From NCBI GenBank assembly GCA_050613775.1, contig JBODTK010000012.1:1426001-1490000 (forward strand): DNA of 64,000 nt, in the 5' to 3' direction. Source of the stretch: Neocallimastix sp. 'constans' (taxonomy: Eukaryota). Positions 1 through 13,547 of this stretch are shown here, in pieces (within the stretch, counting starts at the first letter, position 1; every line of letters starts with the position of its first letter). The position numbers and the translations under genes were made by a program. The notes beneath the pieces are model-generated. The model ran no database searches and was not told the DNA's origin. It saw only the letters and a list, made by a program, of their open reading frames with translations.

Positions 1-51
1 GATGATAATATTAAATGATAAGTGATTTAATTTTTTTTTTTTTTTAATTAA

Positions 52-86
<35 letters not shown>

Positions 87-455
87 GGCAGATAATAGTG
101 ACAAATCATAAATTCCATTTTATTTAATTAAAAAAAAAAAGAAAAAAAGAAAAAAGAAAAGAAAAAAAAGGCAGTTAATAGAGAAAAAACCATACTTTTT
201 TTTTTTATTATATTTTGTTTTAATTTAATTCTTTAAATATTTGTTTGAAAAATTCGATAAAACCGTATTTAAACAATATTTTATTATAAGAATGAATTAT
301 CTAAACAAAGTATTTAAAAATAATTAATTATGTACTATGTTTTTTTTTTTTTTTTAAAAAAAAAAAATATATATACAATAATACAAATATATAATTTAAA
401 AAATATTTACTTTTTTAAACCACATAAATTCTTAAAAATAATAATAATAATATAT

Positions 456-506
<51 letters not shown>

Positions 507-2027
507 TTTTTTGAAAAATTTAATTTAAATTAATATAATTATTATGATTTATGAAGCATTTATATATATATATAATAACATATTTGTCAAAAAAAAAAAA
601 AAAAATTTTTTTTTATTTTATTATTATATAATAAAGTTAGTATATAATAAAATATTAATAATTAATCATTAATGATATAAATGATTTTACCAATGATATT
701 TTATTTCAAATAACTGAATTGGAATGACAGGGTTCAACATTAAAGTTGAAATTTAAATGATTTCTAATCACCTTTATAAGTTTAAAAAGTTAAAGTAGAA
801 CCCTTTGAATAACTAGAAATAAATGATGATATAGATTTCATTAATGTATATAATGTAAGATTTATAATCACCTATTTTATTATTGATACAAAGTAATATA
901 ATAATCATTAAGAAAAAAAAAATATAAAATCTATAATAATCAGCTTCTTGATAAAATGTTGATTATTATACTACATAAAAATAAAGTATATAATAATCAA
1001 TGATAAATTTAGGAAAATAAGCAAAAATATTTTAAGCAAGTGATGTAATTATTAACTAAATTAAAAGGTATATAAACAATTAAAGCAAAAGGTTTTAAAT
1101 GTTGAATTCATAAATTAATTTAACAATTAACTGATAACAATTATTAACTAAGCAAAAATAATTATAATTATTATTATTAAAATTTAGTACTATAGGTAAA
1201 TTAAATAAAATAAAATAAATAGTGAAGTAATATAAAAGAATTATAAAATATTAGAGATATATTTAATTTATATTTCTTTTAAGTTATAAAAAATTATTTT
1301 AAATATTTAATAATTATTGATTATACTTTTTTTTATATTTTTTATTTTATTTTTTATTTTTTATTATGTATTATTTATTTATTTTGAAATTTTTACTATT
1401 TTTTTTCTTTTACAAATTTAAATATTAATTTCATTATTTTAATATATTTCATTTGACATGTAATTTTCTATTTAAATAAAAAAAGTTAAAATGTTAATAC
1501 AAATTCATCTCCAAATGAAGAAAATTAAAATTAAAGCTATTTAAAAAAAAATTAAAAAAAATTTTTTTATTTATTAAAAGATATATTGATTTAATAAACA
1601 TATATTTAAATTTAATTTATTAAATACAAGAACATATTTTTATTAATAATTTAAATTTAGTATCAATTAAGATTCATTAATTAAATGTTACATTGAATCA
1701 ATTAAAAAATAATTCTTAATAATGATATAATTTTTTTTATAGACTTTATAGAGAAAAGTTTATTTAATAAAAAAATCTTATTCAATAATATAATATAATA
1801 TAATTTTTTTTTATAGATTTTAATCACTTTTAGAGAAAAGTTTATTTAATATAAAAATCTTATTCAACCTAATTTTAAAAAAAGTTAATATAATATTTTT
1901 TATTGCCAAATATATTACATCAAGTTTATGTTGTTTTAAACCATATAGAAAAAAAGTTTCAACTTTTTATTTATCCAATATGTCATGTATAAATATAGAC
2001 ATATTAAAATTTTAATTGTAACATGGA

Positions 2028-2520
2028 AATTCCTTTTATAGTAATAATTCAAACCAATAATCAACGAATTTTACGACTAAAGTAATTTTACAAATAAAAT
2101 ATAGAATATAAAATGAATAATAAAATAATAATAATAATATTATTATTATTATTAATTATTATTACTTATTGTTTAATAAATATTATTATTTATTATTATT
2201 ATCACTTATTAATTATTATTTATTATTTATTAATTATTAATTATTATTTATTATTTATTATTTATTAATTATTAATTATTATTTATTATTTATTATTTAT
2301 TATTTATTATTTATTATTTATTATTTATTATTTATTATTTATTATTTATTATTTATTATTTATTATTTATTATTTATTATTTATTATTTATTATTTATTA
2401 TTTATTATTTATTATTTATTATTTATTATTTATTATTATTATTTATTGTTTATTATATATTATTTATTATTTATTATTTAACAGTATTTATAATTTACAA
2501 TTAATTATTTAATTATTTAT
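2028..2520 (+). repeat. Left arm of a long degenerate inverted repeat, including a (TTATTTA)n minisatellite
   Basis: AATTCCTTTTATAGTAATAATTCAAACCAATAA, CGACTAAA, TATTACTTATTGTTTAAT, the (TTATTTA)n array and its flank recur, reverse-complemented and in the same order, at ~5510-5845. Boundaries are approximate. Confidence 0.5.
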
Positions 2521-4372
2521 TATTTAATATAAAAGCTTTAATATTAAATATCTAATATGGTAATTTATAATTTTTTTTTTAAAAAAAAAAAAGGAGGAAA
2601 AAAGAATTTATTTTCAAACTTGAGAAACGATTATCGTTATAAAAAAGAAAAAGTTTTTAATATACATAATTTATGAAATAAATTAAAAAATAAATGAGTA
2701 ACTTTCATTGGAATTAATAATAGTAGTAATAATATAATTTTTAATATAATCAATATTATTGCGATTTACCTTCATTATCATTATTTATTTTTAATAATAA
2801 ATAATAAATATGGGTATTATTAACCTTTTTAGATATTATACAGGAATCGTCTAATTATTGAATTCAGTTATTATAATAATGTTAAAGTAGATATAAACAT
2901 TAGAAATTTAATTTCATTATTATTATTGTTTAAGGAATTGTTTGTTATACTAAATGGGATAATTTTATATTTATGGTTACTTATAAAAAAAAATTATTTC
3001 TTTTATTACTTTTCGGCTCTATCTTATATATATATATATATATATATTTTCTCTGTTTTTAAACGGCAATATAATTTTTTTATTATTATGTAATGAAGTT
3101 TAAAAGGATTAAGAATCACCTTTAAATATTTTATATGACTTCTTAAAATATGAATATCTTATAATATTAATTACAATTATAGCAATATTACATTATTAAA
3201 TAATAAATAGATTATTTTTAAAATAATTTATAGCCCTAATTCTTTAAAATGTAAGAAAAGTAATAAAAGCATCATATAATTAAATTAATAATAAAAAAAA
3301 TTTTTTTAAAGTGGATTAGCTTTATACTATTTAAAAAATGTTCTATCCATTAGTTAAAATATATTTTTTACCTTATTATTAATTCAAATTGTAAATATAA
3401 AATAAAATTTTATTTATTTATTTATTAAATTTAATTTATTTTTATATGTAAAATTATTATTTATTATACTGAAATTAATATAAATTAAGTAGATAATATA
3501 AAAGTATTTATTATACTTTCATATATTATAACTAAAAATAATATATTATGAACAGTTAATTTATAATTATAAAAAATATTATTTTTTACTCATATTAAGC
3601 AAAAATATTAATTTATTTAATTTAGTTTAATTTATTTCTATTTTAATTTACTTTAAATTAATTTTTAATTATTCATCATTCACATTTAAATTATTTTTAT
3701 TTTATACCATTTATTAATTCTATTATTAAATAATATAATAATACTAATCCTTTTTTTTTTTATACTATTCTTAGATATTCTTTGAGTAAAAAGAAAATAA
3801 AAAAAAAAAAAAAAGTAGAATAACTTGTTTTTATTTTGTTTACCACTACTTTGAAAAATGTAAATAATGTAAAAATGCCACTGAAATAAATATTTATTTG
3901 ATATGGGAAGATTATTCATATTTAAAATTTACATGATTCTTTAATATGATAGCTTTGGTGATAAGACTCACTTATAAAAATAAGACATAGTGTTATATAC
4001 AATTTTATTCAATTTAAAAATGATTTAAAAAAAAAAGTTTTTATATTAATAAATTATTATTATTCAAAAGGGATATTGTTATTTTTTTTTATTATAAAAA
4101 CACTTCAATATATGATATAATTTTATTATTAATAATAAATAATATTAATATTGTATAATTTTTATTTTTATATTAATATTATAATTTTTGAGATACATTT
4201 AAAAATTTTTTAATAAAATTTTTTGATGGGCTTTGATCTACTTTAAGTCATATTTAATATTATAATACAATTAATTTAAAATATTTATTAATTACTAATT
4301 GATTATATAAATGATTTTGTTCTTCCAGAGATGTATAAAGTTCTTTGTTACATTATAAATATTTAATAAACA

Positions 4373-4812
4373 TAGACTTGCACATATGGGTACCCATCTC
4401 CCATATGGCCATACAGTTATTAATTAACTGTAAGGTGATGAGTTATTGGCATACTGTATCAGCTTCGCCGCTCTCAATCGTCGTTACACACTGCCCGGAG
4501 ATGCATTCCTAACGTTCCTACATATATCTCTAATGACCACGAGTATCAGAACGGAACCATTAACTCCTCCCTAGTGGGTGTAATCATTGGCGATTGGAAA
4601 TTTTACAATCATCAAGGTCTATGCTTCAATTCAAAGCGTAGTATCAGGGTTGGGTGAAATAATCATCTGAGGGAAAGCCTTATGGACATCACGTGTGGTC
4701 TCATGATATCCCAGGATAGAAACCTCATCCGATTATTTGGTGCCATGCCGAGGATTCGAACCCCGCCCTCTACAGTGACCTGTATCGTCCTAACCGACTG
4801 GACCAACATGGC
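4373..4812 (-). mobile_element. tRNA-derived SINE (440 bp) with an 18-bp target-site duplication
   Basis: GC-rich island flanked by identical ATAAATATTTAATAAACA at 4355-4372 and 4813-4830. The minus-strand 5' end starts exactly at a tRNA cloverleaf with A-box-like TGGTCCAGTCGG and B-box GGTTCGAATCC. Two hairpins lie at the 3' end (CATATGGG..CCCATATG; TACAGTTA..TAACTGTA). Confidence 0.88.
4738..4812 (-). pseudogene. tRNA-like head of the SINE (Asp-GTC-like, defective anticodon loop, encoded CCA)
   Basis: Minus strand reads GCCATGT TG GTCC AGTCGGTTA GGAC GA TACAG GTCA CTGTA GAGGG CGGGG TTCGAAT CCTCG GCATGGC A CCA. Acceptor, D and T stems pair. The anticodon loop is shorter than the canonical 7 nt. 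Confidence 0.75.
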
Positions 4813-4894
4813 ATAAATATTTAATAAACAATTCATAATAATTCTTAATAGAATTGTTGAAAAAAAAAAAGAATTAAAATATTCAACCATTTCA

Positions 4895-4962
<68 letters not shown>

Positions 4963-5509
4963 CCCTCAAACTTTTAATCCATTTACTTCATTCTACTTAT
5001 ATATATACTTTTATTTATATAAGTTATATGTATTGAATAATTGTCACTTCCAAGTTTTTTTTTTTCTTAATTATTTTACTTTAATTTTTTTATTTCAGAA
5101 TCAATTAAAAAAAATTATTATTAAAACAAATCTAAAATCTATATATAAAACTTTTATATTAAGTAATAAACAATTAAAAATGTAGATTAAAAGATAAGAA
5201 TGTTATATCTTTTATTTTATTTTATTTTATTTTATTTTATTTTATTTTATTTTATTTTATTTCTATATTGATAATCAATATTTATAGTTATTTATAATAT
5301 ATATATTAAAACAGAAATAATAAATTGCCTAACTCTTAATTGAGTATTTATTTTATATTGATATAAAAATGTTTTAATTTTTTTTTTAATTTTTAAAAAA
5401 TTATTTATATTTATATGGATTTAGAACTTTAAATAATAATAAAATTAAATAGCATTATATAATTAATAAATATATTAAATATTTATAATATTAATATTAA
5501 TAACCATCA

Positions 5510-5845
5510 TATAAATTAATAGTAAATAATAATCATTTTTAAATAATAAATAATAATTAATAATTAATAAATAATAAATAATAAATAATAAATAATAAAT
5601 AATAAATAATAAATAATAAATAATAAATAATAATAAATAATAATTAATAAATAATTAAATCAACAAGTAATAAATAATATATATATATATTTTTTTTTTT
5701 TACTTTTTCATTAATATTACTATTATCAAGCAAATTCACATTTAGTCGATTATGATAATTATGTAAACTTTCATGATTTATTATTGTCGATTATTAAAAA
5801 ATTTTTTCGGTCAATGGTTGTATTACCATAATTATAAAGAATTAA
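5510..5845 (-). repeat. Right arm of the long degenerate inverted repeat, including (TAAATAA)n
   Basis: The reverse complement gives AATTCTTTATAATTATGGTAATACAACCATTGA, CGACTAAA, TATTACTTGTTGATTTAAT and (TTATTTA)n, collinear with 2028-2520. Confidence 0.5.
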
Positions 5846-5970
5846 TTAATTAAATATATATTGTAGAAAAATAAAATTTAAAAAAATCTTATATTGGTAT
5901 GTTAAAGTTAATGTTTTTCTTTTTCTTGTTTTATTTATTAATTATTAATTTCTTTTTTATTTTTTTAAAT

Positions 5971-6350
5971 TAGAAGTAACTAGAGGGGAGGACAATAGGA
6001 CCTCCAGTCTCACTTAAGCATATCCGACACTACCTCTCTCCCAGCAAGACTAATATGAAAGATATTCTCTTTACGTCGCTTTATATGACGGGCATATTTA
6101 TAGTGATCTCTTGAACCATTGTCGAGAGAGGAACATGAACACTAACCCTCTCACATATCAAGTGCTCTCTGCACTAGCAATTTCATTGTCTAGCAACGGG
6201 AGTAGTTAACATAGTGAGTGAACGCCAACTTCATTTGTAGGGAAAAACACCCTTGGAGGATGAAAATCACCCTATATAAATTCAAGAGGTAGTCGTGGGG
6301 TTAATCCAGAAATCTTATGTGTGTTAGTCCCAATTACTAACCACCAGGAT
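5971..6350 (-). mobile_element. Older SINE-like GC-rich island with a degenerate tRNA-Val(AAC)-like head
   Basis: A ~380-bp GC-rich block in AT-rich DNA. The minus strand begins GGTGGTTAG..CTAACAC..AAGAT..GGATTAACCC, with D-loop-, anticodon-loop- and T-loop-like motifs at tRNA spacing. A GGAGG..CCTCC hairpin lies near the 3' end. No clean TSD. Confidence 0.4.
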
Positions 6351-7638
6351 AAAAATTGGAAAGATATTATTAATTTTAAATATATTGTTACAATGAAATT
6401 CTAGATAAAGTAGATAACCTAAAGAATAGATTAAAAAAATATAGAAAATTAAAAAAAATAAATTAAAAATAAAAATGACTAAAAGTTTTGTATAATAAAC
6501 TTTAATAATTATTTAATTATAAAATTTTAATACATAATAAATTAGAATTAGTTGGAATAGAAAATTTTAATTATTATAAAAAGGAATTATAATTAATGAA
6601 TATATTAATATAATGTATTACAAAAAATTTCAATCGAATAGTATAATTAAACATTATTACTATGTATAGTAACCACATTAAATAACTAATATATATATAA
6701 TATATTTACAAAAAGAATTTTAAAAATATAATCATATAAACATAATATATTAATACAATTATTAAATAACTTTTAACTGTAATTATTAAATAGTATATTA
6801 AGTTTTCAAAGTTTTTATTTTAATTAATTTTCCATATATTTCAATAAATAAAAAGTGTACAATCTATACTTTGTTATAATATAATATGAATCGAATAAAC
6901 TATTTATTAATATATTAATAATTTCATTTTTTATTAAAATGAATTGTGTCATATATATTTATGTTATGTTTTAAATAATATTACTAATATATATTATACT
7001 TTTATATATATATTAGTAGAACAAAAAGTAATAGAAAATATAAAAACTAATTAATATTAAACAAAAATGTTTTGTGTTAGTTTAAAAAATTAGATAGTTC
7101 AATTTAGTTCAATTTAATTTAATTATTATATATATATTAGAAAAACTTTATAATAATACAAATAGAAATTTATTATTAATTAAACTTTCTCAATAAGATT
7201 AAGTACATATAATAATAAATAAAGTTTAATAATTGTTTCCTATAAATAAGGTAGAGAATAATTTATATTTTAAGGAATAATTTATATTATACTGATATAT
7301 TATTTTTAATAAAATAGTTTGTAACTATATATTATTTATATTATTTCATTTATTGATAATACATTGTATTAATATAATTACAATTAAATAATCTATTTAG
7401 ATTTTTAAATTTTTATAAATTTTTATATAAAAACTCAAAAAAAAGTCTACAAAATCGAAAAAAGGAATTTTTTTCTTAAATTTTTATTTTTAATTATTAT
7501 TAAAAATTATCTGGTTTTATTTTATCGAAATATTATTTATTTATTTATTAAAGATATTATTATATTATTAATTATTATGTATAACTAATAAATAATAATA
7601 TAAATAAATAATAGTAATATTAATAATAAAACAAAAGT

Positions 7639-7679
<41 letters not shown>

Positions 7680-9146
7680 CCACTCTTATATTTGTTATTT
7701 TATTATTTTCTTTTTATAGAGAAATAATAAAGAAAGTTACACTTTTTTAATATAATGTTGTTAAAATTTTCTATTAAAAATCAGTTTAATTCTTTTGAAA
7801 ATTCATTTGAAAACTAATAGTTTAAGAACTGTATTGTCTTTTTTATACTCAATAGAAAAAAGTACAATTAAAAAAAAAAAAAAAAAAAAACTTTTTCAAA
7901 AAATAAGATAATAAAATCTGAAAGAAAATACTTTTTCATTAGTAATTTTTATTTTTTTTTTTTTTTTAAAAAAAAAAAACAGTATTTTATAAATTATTAA
8001 TATAATTTTTATTAATAATGATTTATTTTAGTTTAAATAATTAATTTAATAAAAATAATCAGAAAAAGAAAAAGAAAAAGTACAAGTAAATATTTACTTA
8101 TTTAAGGATAATAATAAAAAATAATTAATATTAACAAAAAGAAATAGAAAACATCTTTTCAAAAAATTTTGTAAGAAATTAAAAAAGGAAAAAATATTCA
8201 TTTCAAAATAATTCGAATTTAAAGAAAAATTAATTATAAAAAAAATAATGTTATTTAAAAAAATTTTTTTTAATTAAATTAATATACATTACCTTTTTAA
8301 TTTTTCTATTTATTGTTAATAGTTAATAATTTATTTAATCAGAAAACTTAATAAAGCATAATGTAATTCGTTTATTAGTTTTTTACAACAAGAAAAGAAT
8401 AATAAAAAAAAATAAAAATAATTATTATAATAATTTTATAAGAATTAATTATTTAATATGAAAAACAATTTAATAATAATAAAAAAGTAATAATAGTACA
8501 AATAAAAATAATAATAATTAATAATAATTAATATATTTAATTTTGCCTAAAAATTTTTTTTCTAAAAACAACAAATATTTATTTAATATTGATATCCAAA
8601 AAGAGGTATGCAAGTAAATAATTTTAGTAAAAATTTTTAAAGCAATATATTAAATATATACTAATTTTTTTTTATTTTTATTTTTTTATTATATTATATT
8701 TTTATTATATTTTATTTTAATTAAAAAGAAAAAATTTTTTGTTAGGAAAATTAATTAATATATATATATATATATACATGATATGAATTATTTTAATTTA
8801 ATAAATAAATAAATAAATAAATAATAATAATATTAATTCAAAATAATGTTTTTAAAATAGTATATATTCGACAATTGTTTATTTTAATAAAATATATTTA
8901 TTTATTAATTAATAAACAAATTTAGTCTAAAAAGAAAGTAAAATAATAAAATAATAAATAATTAACAAAACAAAATATAAAGTAAAACAAAAAGATAAAA
9001 AATAAAAAATAAAAGTATAAGCAAACAACAAATAAATAAATAAATAATAAAAAAAAAACGTAATAAAAAAAATAACAAAATACATATCGATACGTAAAAA
9101 TAATTCTTATTTGATACAAAAAATAAAAAAAAAATAATAATTAAAA

Positions 9147-11261
9147 ATGTATTCTAATAAAAAGATAACGAATAATATTCCTATAAAAAAATTAGTACCT
9201 TTTTACGATAGTGAAAATAATACTAGAAAATATTCTTATACTGATGATATGAATTTGAATAATGAAAGTAGAAAATCACAGATACAATATGCAGGAGTTC
9301 CTACATCATTTCAAATTGAGAAACTTCAAAAAAAATTAATTGAAACATTAGAAACTAATTATGAAATAAATAAAAAATATGGAAATATATTAACAAATGT
9401 AAATATTGAGTCTTCTACCTCATCAAATTCAAAATCAATTTTGTCCCCTTCAGAGCAGAAAAGATCAGAAGCAATAAATTTACTTCGTAAAAGAACAGTT
9501 AATATCATTAATACAGGTGATAATAGTATTAATAGATATAGAAAAGGTAGTGATGATGAAAGTTTACTGGCTCATCATAATAGTATCAATAGTATTAATA
9601 GCAGCAATAGTAGTAATAATGATAAAGCTACTCAAAGACAACAAGCATTATCTGTACTCATGCGAAGAGTTGGTAATGCTAATGCCAATAATCAAAATAA
9701 GATCAATAACAATAATAATGATAATAGAAAAAAATTGAAAAGAAAAGAAAATGCTCAACTTTTTGCGATTAATACTAACTTTAATAAAATTAAAAATGAT
9801 AAACTTCAAAATTCTTCATTAAACAACAGTTTCTATAATAATAGTAATGATCCTGTACAAAGTCCAAACGTAGTTATCAAAAAACGTGATAGTATGAACA
9901 GTCCAAATTATAACTCACTTGGTAACTATGATATGATTAATAGTCCAATATCAGGAATGCCAAATATATTTAAGGCTCCAGTAGATAACATAAATAACAG
10001 TAGTCCATCATTAAATGATGTGAAGGATTATGATATTGATATGAATAATTATAATAAATTTTCCAATATTCTTTCACCAATTAGTCCATCCACAAACTTT
10101 ATTAATACTCAAAAAAGTATTAATATTGGTAGTGTCGGTGGTCCTCATAAAATTTTTGAAAATAACCGATTCATACCAAATGAACCAAATGTGTATGACA
10201 TTAATAGCTGCTCTTCTTCTCCTGTTGGTAATTTCTCATCTGGATCATTCTTCACTGGTGGTAGTAATGGTCGTTACCCTTCATCAGAAGAGTTAAGTCA
10301 AAAAATTGTTGAAAATCAACTCATGATTGAATATTTATCTAAGCTCTGTATGGGTTCTGATATTAATGATAGGGATGCTTCTGTTTTTGCTAGTAATATA
10401 TATAATAATAATAATTATAATAATAATTCAAGGTTTCCATCAACTTCTGACTTTATGAATAATGATCTTAATAATTTCAATGACTATTCTATGCAATCTT
10501 CGGTTTTTACCTCTTCTTCATCCCCTCATTCCTCTCCTTCTCAAAACTTCAATGAGACAAACTCATCATTTATTGGTCGTAGTGGTAGTCAGACTTATAA
10601 TAATGATTTCAATAAATTTATGTTAAGTGAGTCACCAGCAAATACTACTAATATTATAAACAATTTACCATCACCTTATGTAAATAGTAATAAGATCATT
10701 AATTCTAATATGGGAATGCCTTCCTCACCTTATCTTGGTACCACCAAGGTAAATATAGCAACTACTTTTTCTGGTAATACTAATAGTACAAGTGCTAATG
10801 GTTTAACCTCTCCACAATACAATGTCACCCCATCCAATTCTCCATATACTAATATGAGTATGGATAAAAGTCAAAGTTTTAAAAGAAATTCATCATATAT
10901 TAATCTTATGGGAAAGGGTATACCATCTCCATCTCCAAGTTTTATCAATGGTAATAATAGTACCAATTCTAGATATAATTCTTCTCCAGGAATTTATCCA
11001 ATAATGACCACAATGGGCATGGGTATGAATGAACTTAGTCCAGCTTCCTTTTTAAATGATAATATTTCTTTTGATCTTTATCAACAACAGCAACAGCAAC
11101 AACAACAAAGCAAATTTAATTCTATATCTATTCCAACTTCTCCAAATGTTGGTTATAGTGAACAAAATATATTTAATAATTCGAATAATAAGAGTATTCC
11201 ATCTATCATAGATCAAAGAATTTTTTATGATAATAAATTAAATTCAATGCTTCCATCTTAC

Positions 11262-11310
<49 letters not shown>

Positions 11311-12014
11311 CAGTTCGGATTTCACAATCGATACTTCCAGCTTATTCTTCTACTACAAATGCTTCTAGTAGACAAACACCATCCCAAAATATTGGTGCTA
11401 TTGGTTCTCTTCGTCATTCTGTAAATAAAATAATGGATAAAGAAAATTCCAAGAAAATGAATCCTTTAGCCTCTCTTGCTTCTGAGAAGCGAAAGAGTTC
11501 TACAATAATTAATAGTGATTCTAATGAAGATAATTTCTCACAATTTTCTGTAAGTGATAGCTTTTTATCTAATGATCTTAGTTTTACTAAGAATTATTCC
11601 ACTTTATTAAGTGGTAGTTCACCTCTAAATAATATTAATATTAATACTAATACTAATAATAATGATAATAATAGTATAATTACTAATGAGTTATCAATTA
11701 TGGAACCAAAACCAAATCTTTCTTCATCTATTGGTGATACATCTAATCAATCATTTTCTTCTTTAAGTAGTAAAATAATTGGTTCCAATTTAAAAAACGT
11801 CGCTACTAATCAATTACAATTAAATGATAATTCAAATGAAACAACTTATAAATTATTTGATAGAAGTGTATATAGTCTACCAAATCAATCAGAATTACCA
11901 GCATTAAATAGCTTTGAAAGTTCATTGAATGCTGTTATGCAAAATCAATCTTTTGAGGATTCACCAATTATTAATTCACTTGAGGATAAAAGTTTAATTC
12001 TTTTAACAGTATAG
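9147..12014 (+). CDS. Hypothetical 955-aa Asn/Ser-rich low-complexity protein with many SP motifs and a short poly-Q
   Basis: Uninterrupted 2.87-kb ORF with AAAAATG start context and coding-like GC content. No domain recognised. Confidence 0.85.
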
Positions 12015-12420
12015 ATATTCAAATGACATCTTATGTTTTTTCTGATCATTCTAATAATAATATGTTTTCATTATCTATACAACATCTAGGCTTTATCTTG
12101 AATAATAATTGTCTTTTTTTTTTTTTTTTTATTATTATTTTATATTTTATATTTAAAATCTTATAATTTTTTTTTTTTTAAAAAAAAAAAAAATGAAAAA
12201 AGAAAAAAAAAAAAAAATAATTAAATAAAAAGTAATAAGTAAATGAAAATCATATGGTATAATATATTTATACTTTATAATTTTTATTTTTGTTTTATAT
12301 TTTCATTTTTCCTTTTTTTTTTTTTTCATTTAATTTTTCCAAAGTTTAAAATTTTAATTGAAATTACCATTTTAATTTTATGTATGTAAGAAGATAAATA
12401 GTAAATAATTTTATGTATAT

Positions 12421-12476
<56 letters not shown>

Positions 12477-12591
12477 ATTAAATAGTAGTTTTAAAAAAAT
12501 TTTTATAATTATAACAAAAATTATAATGACAAAAGTTTAAAAAGAAAAAAAATAATTTATATATATTGATTATATATAAATTAATACTTTT

Positions 12592-12639
<48 letters not shown>

Positions 12640-13028
12640 ACTAAATAAAAATGTATTAAAAAACAAGAAATAATATAAAAAAGTTTTTCTTTTTGTCATG
12701 AAGCGTTATTTCTATTTCTATAACATATATGTATATTATTAATAATATTAAAGTAATTAATAATATTGTGGTATAAAATTATTTATTTATATTATTGAGA
12801 ATGTTGTATTTTTTATATATTTATACCTATTTAAAAAATTAATATTAACAATCTTTTATTTATATTAATATTTATTAAATATAAATATACTAATAGTAAT
12901 AAAATTAATAAATTTATGGAAGTGTATTCTCTTCCCTGTCTAAAAAAAAAAAAAAAAAAAAACTAATAGTAATTAGTAATAATATCAAAGAATATAAATT
13001 CTCATTTATTAATTTCAAAAGGAAAATA

Positions 13029-13121
<93 letters not shown>

Positions 13122-13400
13122 TATGAAAATAAAAATGATTGAAGAAATTTTATATTTTATTGTATTTTTTATGATAATAATTATTATAAATATATACCAT
13201 TATAGATTAACGAAATTATATGTATTATAAAAAAATAAAAAAAAAAAAAATAAAAAAAAGAAAAAAAAAAAACTTAAAATAATAAAAATAAAAATTGTAA
13301 AAAAACATATTATTAGCTTTTGTTGTATTAGACTATAATTACTATTACAATATAAAATATATCATGAAAAATAAATAAGAAGGAAGGAAAAATATATATA

Positions 13401-13435
<35 letters not shown>

Positions 13436-13547
13436 TTATATTTATTTAATCATTTATTATTTATTTGTTTATTTATTTTGTATAAATATATGATTATTAT
13501 GTTTACTACTATTATTTTAATTTTTAATTTTTAAAAAAAAGATAAAA

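Noticed and set aside
690..1060. Slightly GC-raised coding-like relic (e.g. VEPFE*LEINDDIDFI)
   Set aside because: No sustained reading frame or recognisable motif.
1725..1867. Local ~65-bp tandem duplication (a similar one at ~34465-34535)
   Set aside because: Ordinary slippage-type duplication with no further structure.
4741..4812. Functional tRNA-Asp gene
   Set aside because: The anticodon loop is non-canonical, no T-run terminator follows it, and it is the 5' end of a TSD-flanked element.
4663..4890. 75-aa minus-strand ORF
   Set aside because: It reads through the SINE tRNA head and TSD, so it is incidental.
4373..6350. Self-cleaving ribozyme (hammerhead, twister or HDV-like) in the two GC islands
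   Set aside because: Hairpins are present but I could not assemble a complete catalytic core by eye. A covariance-model search is needed.
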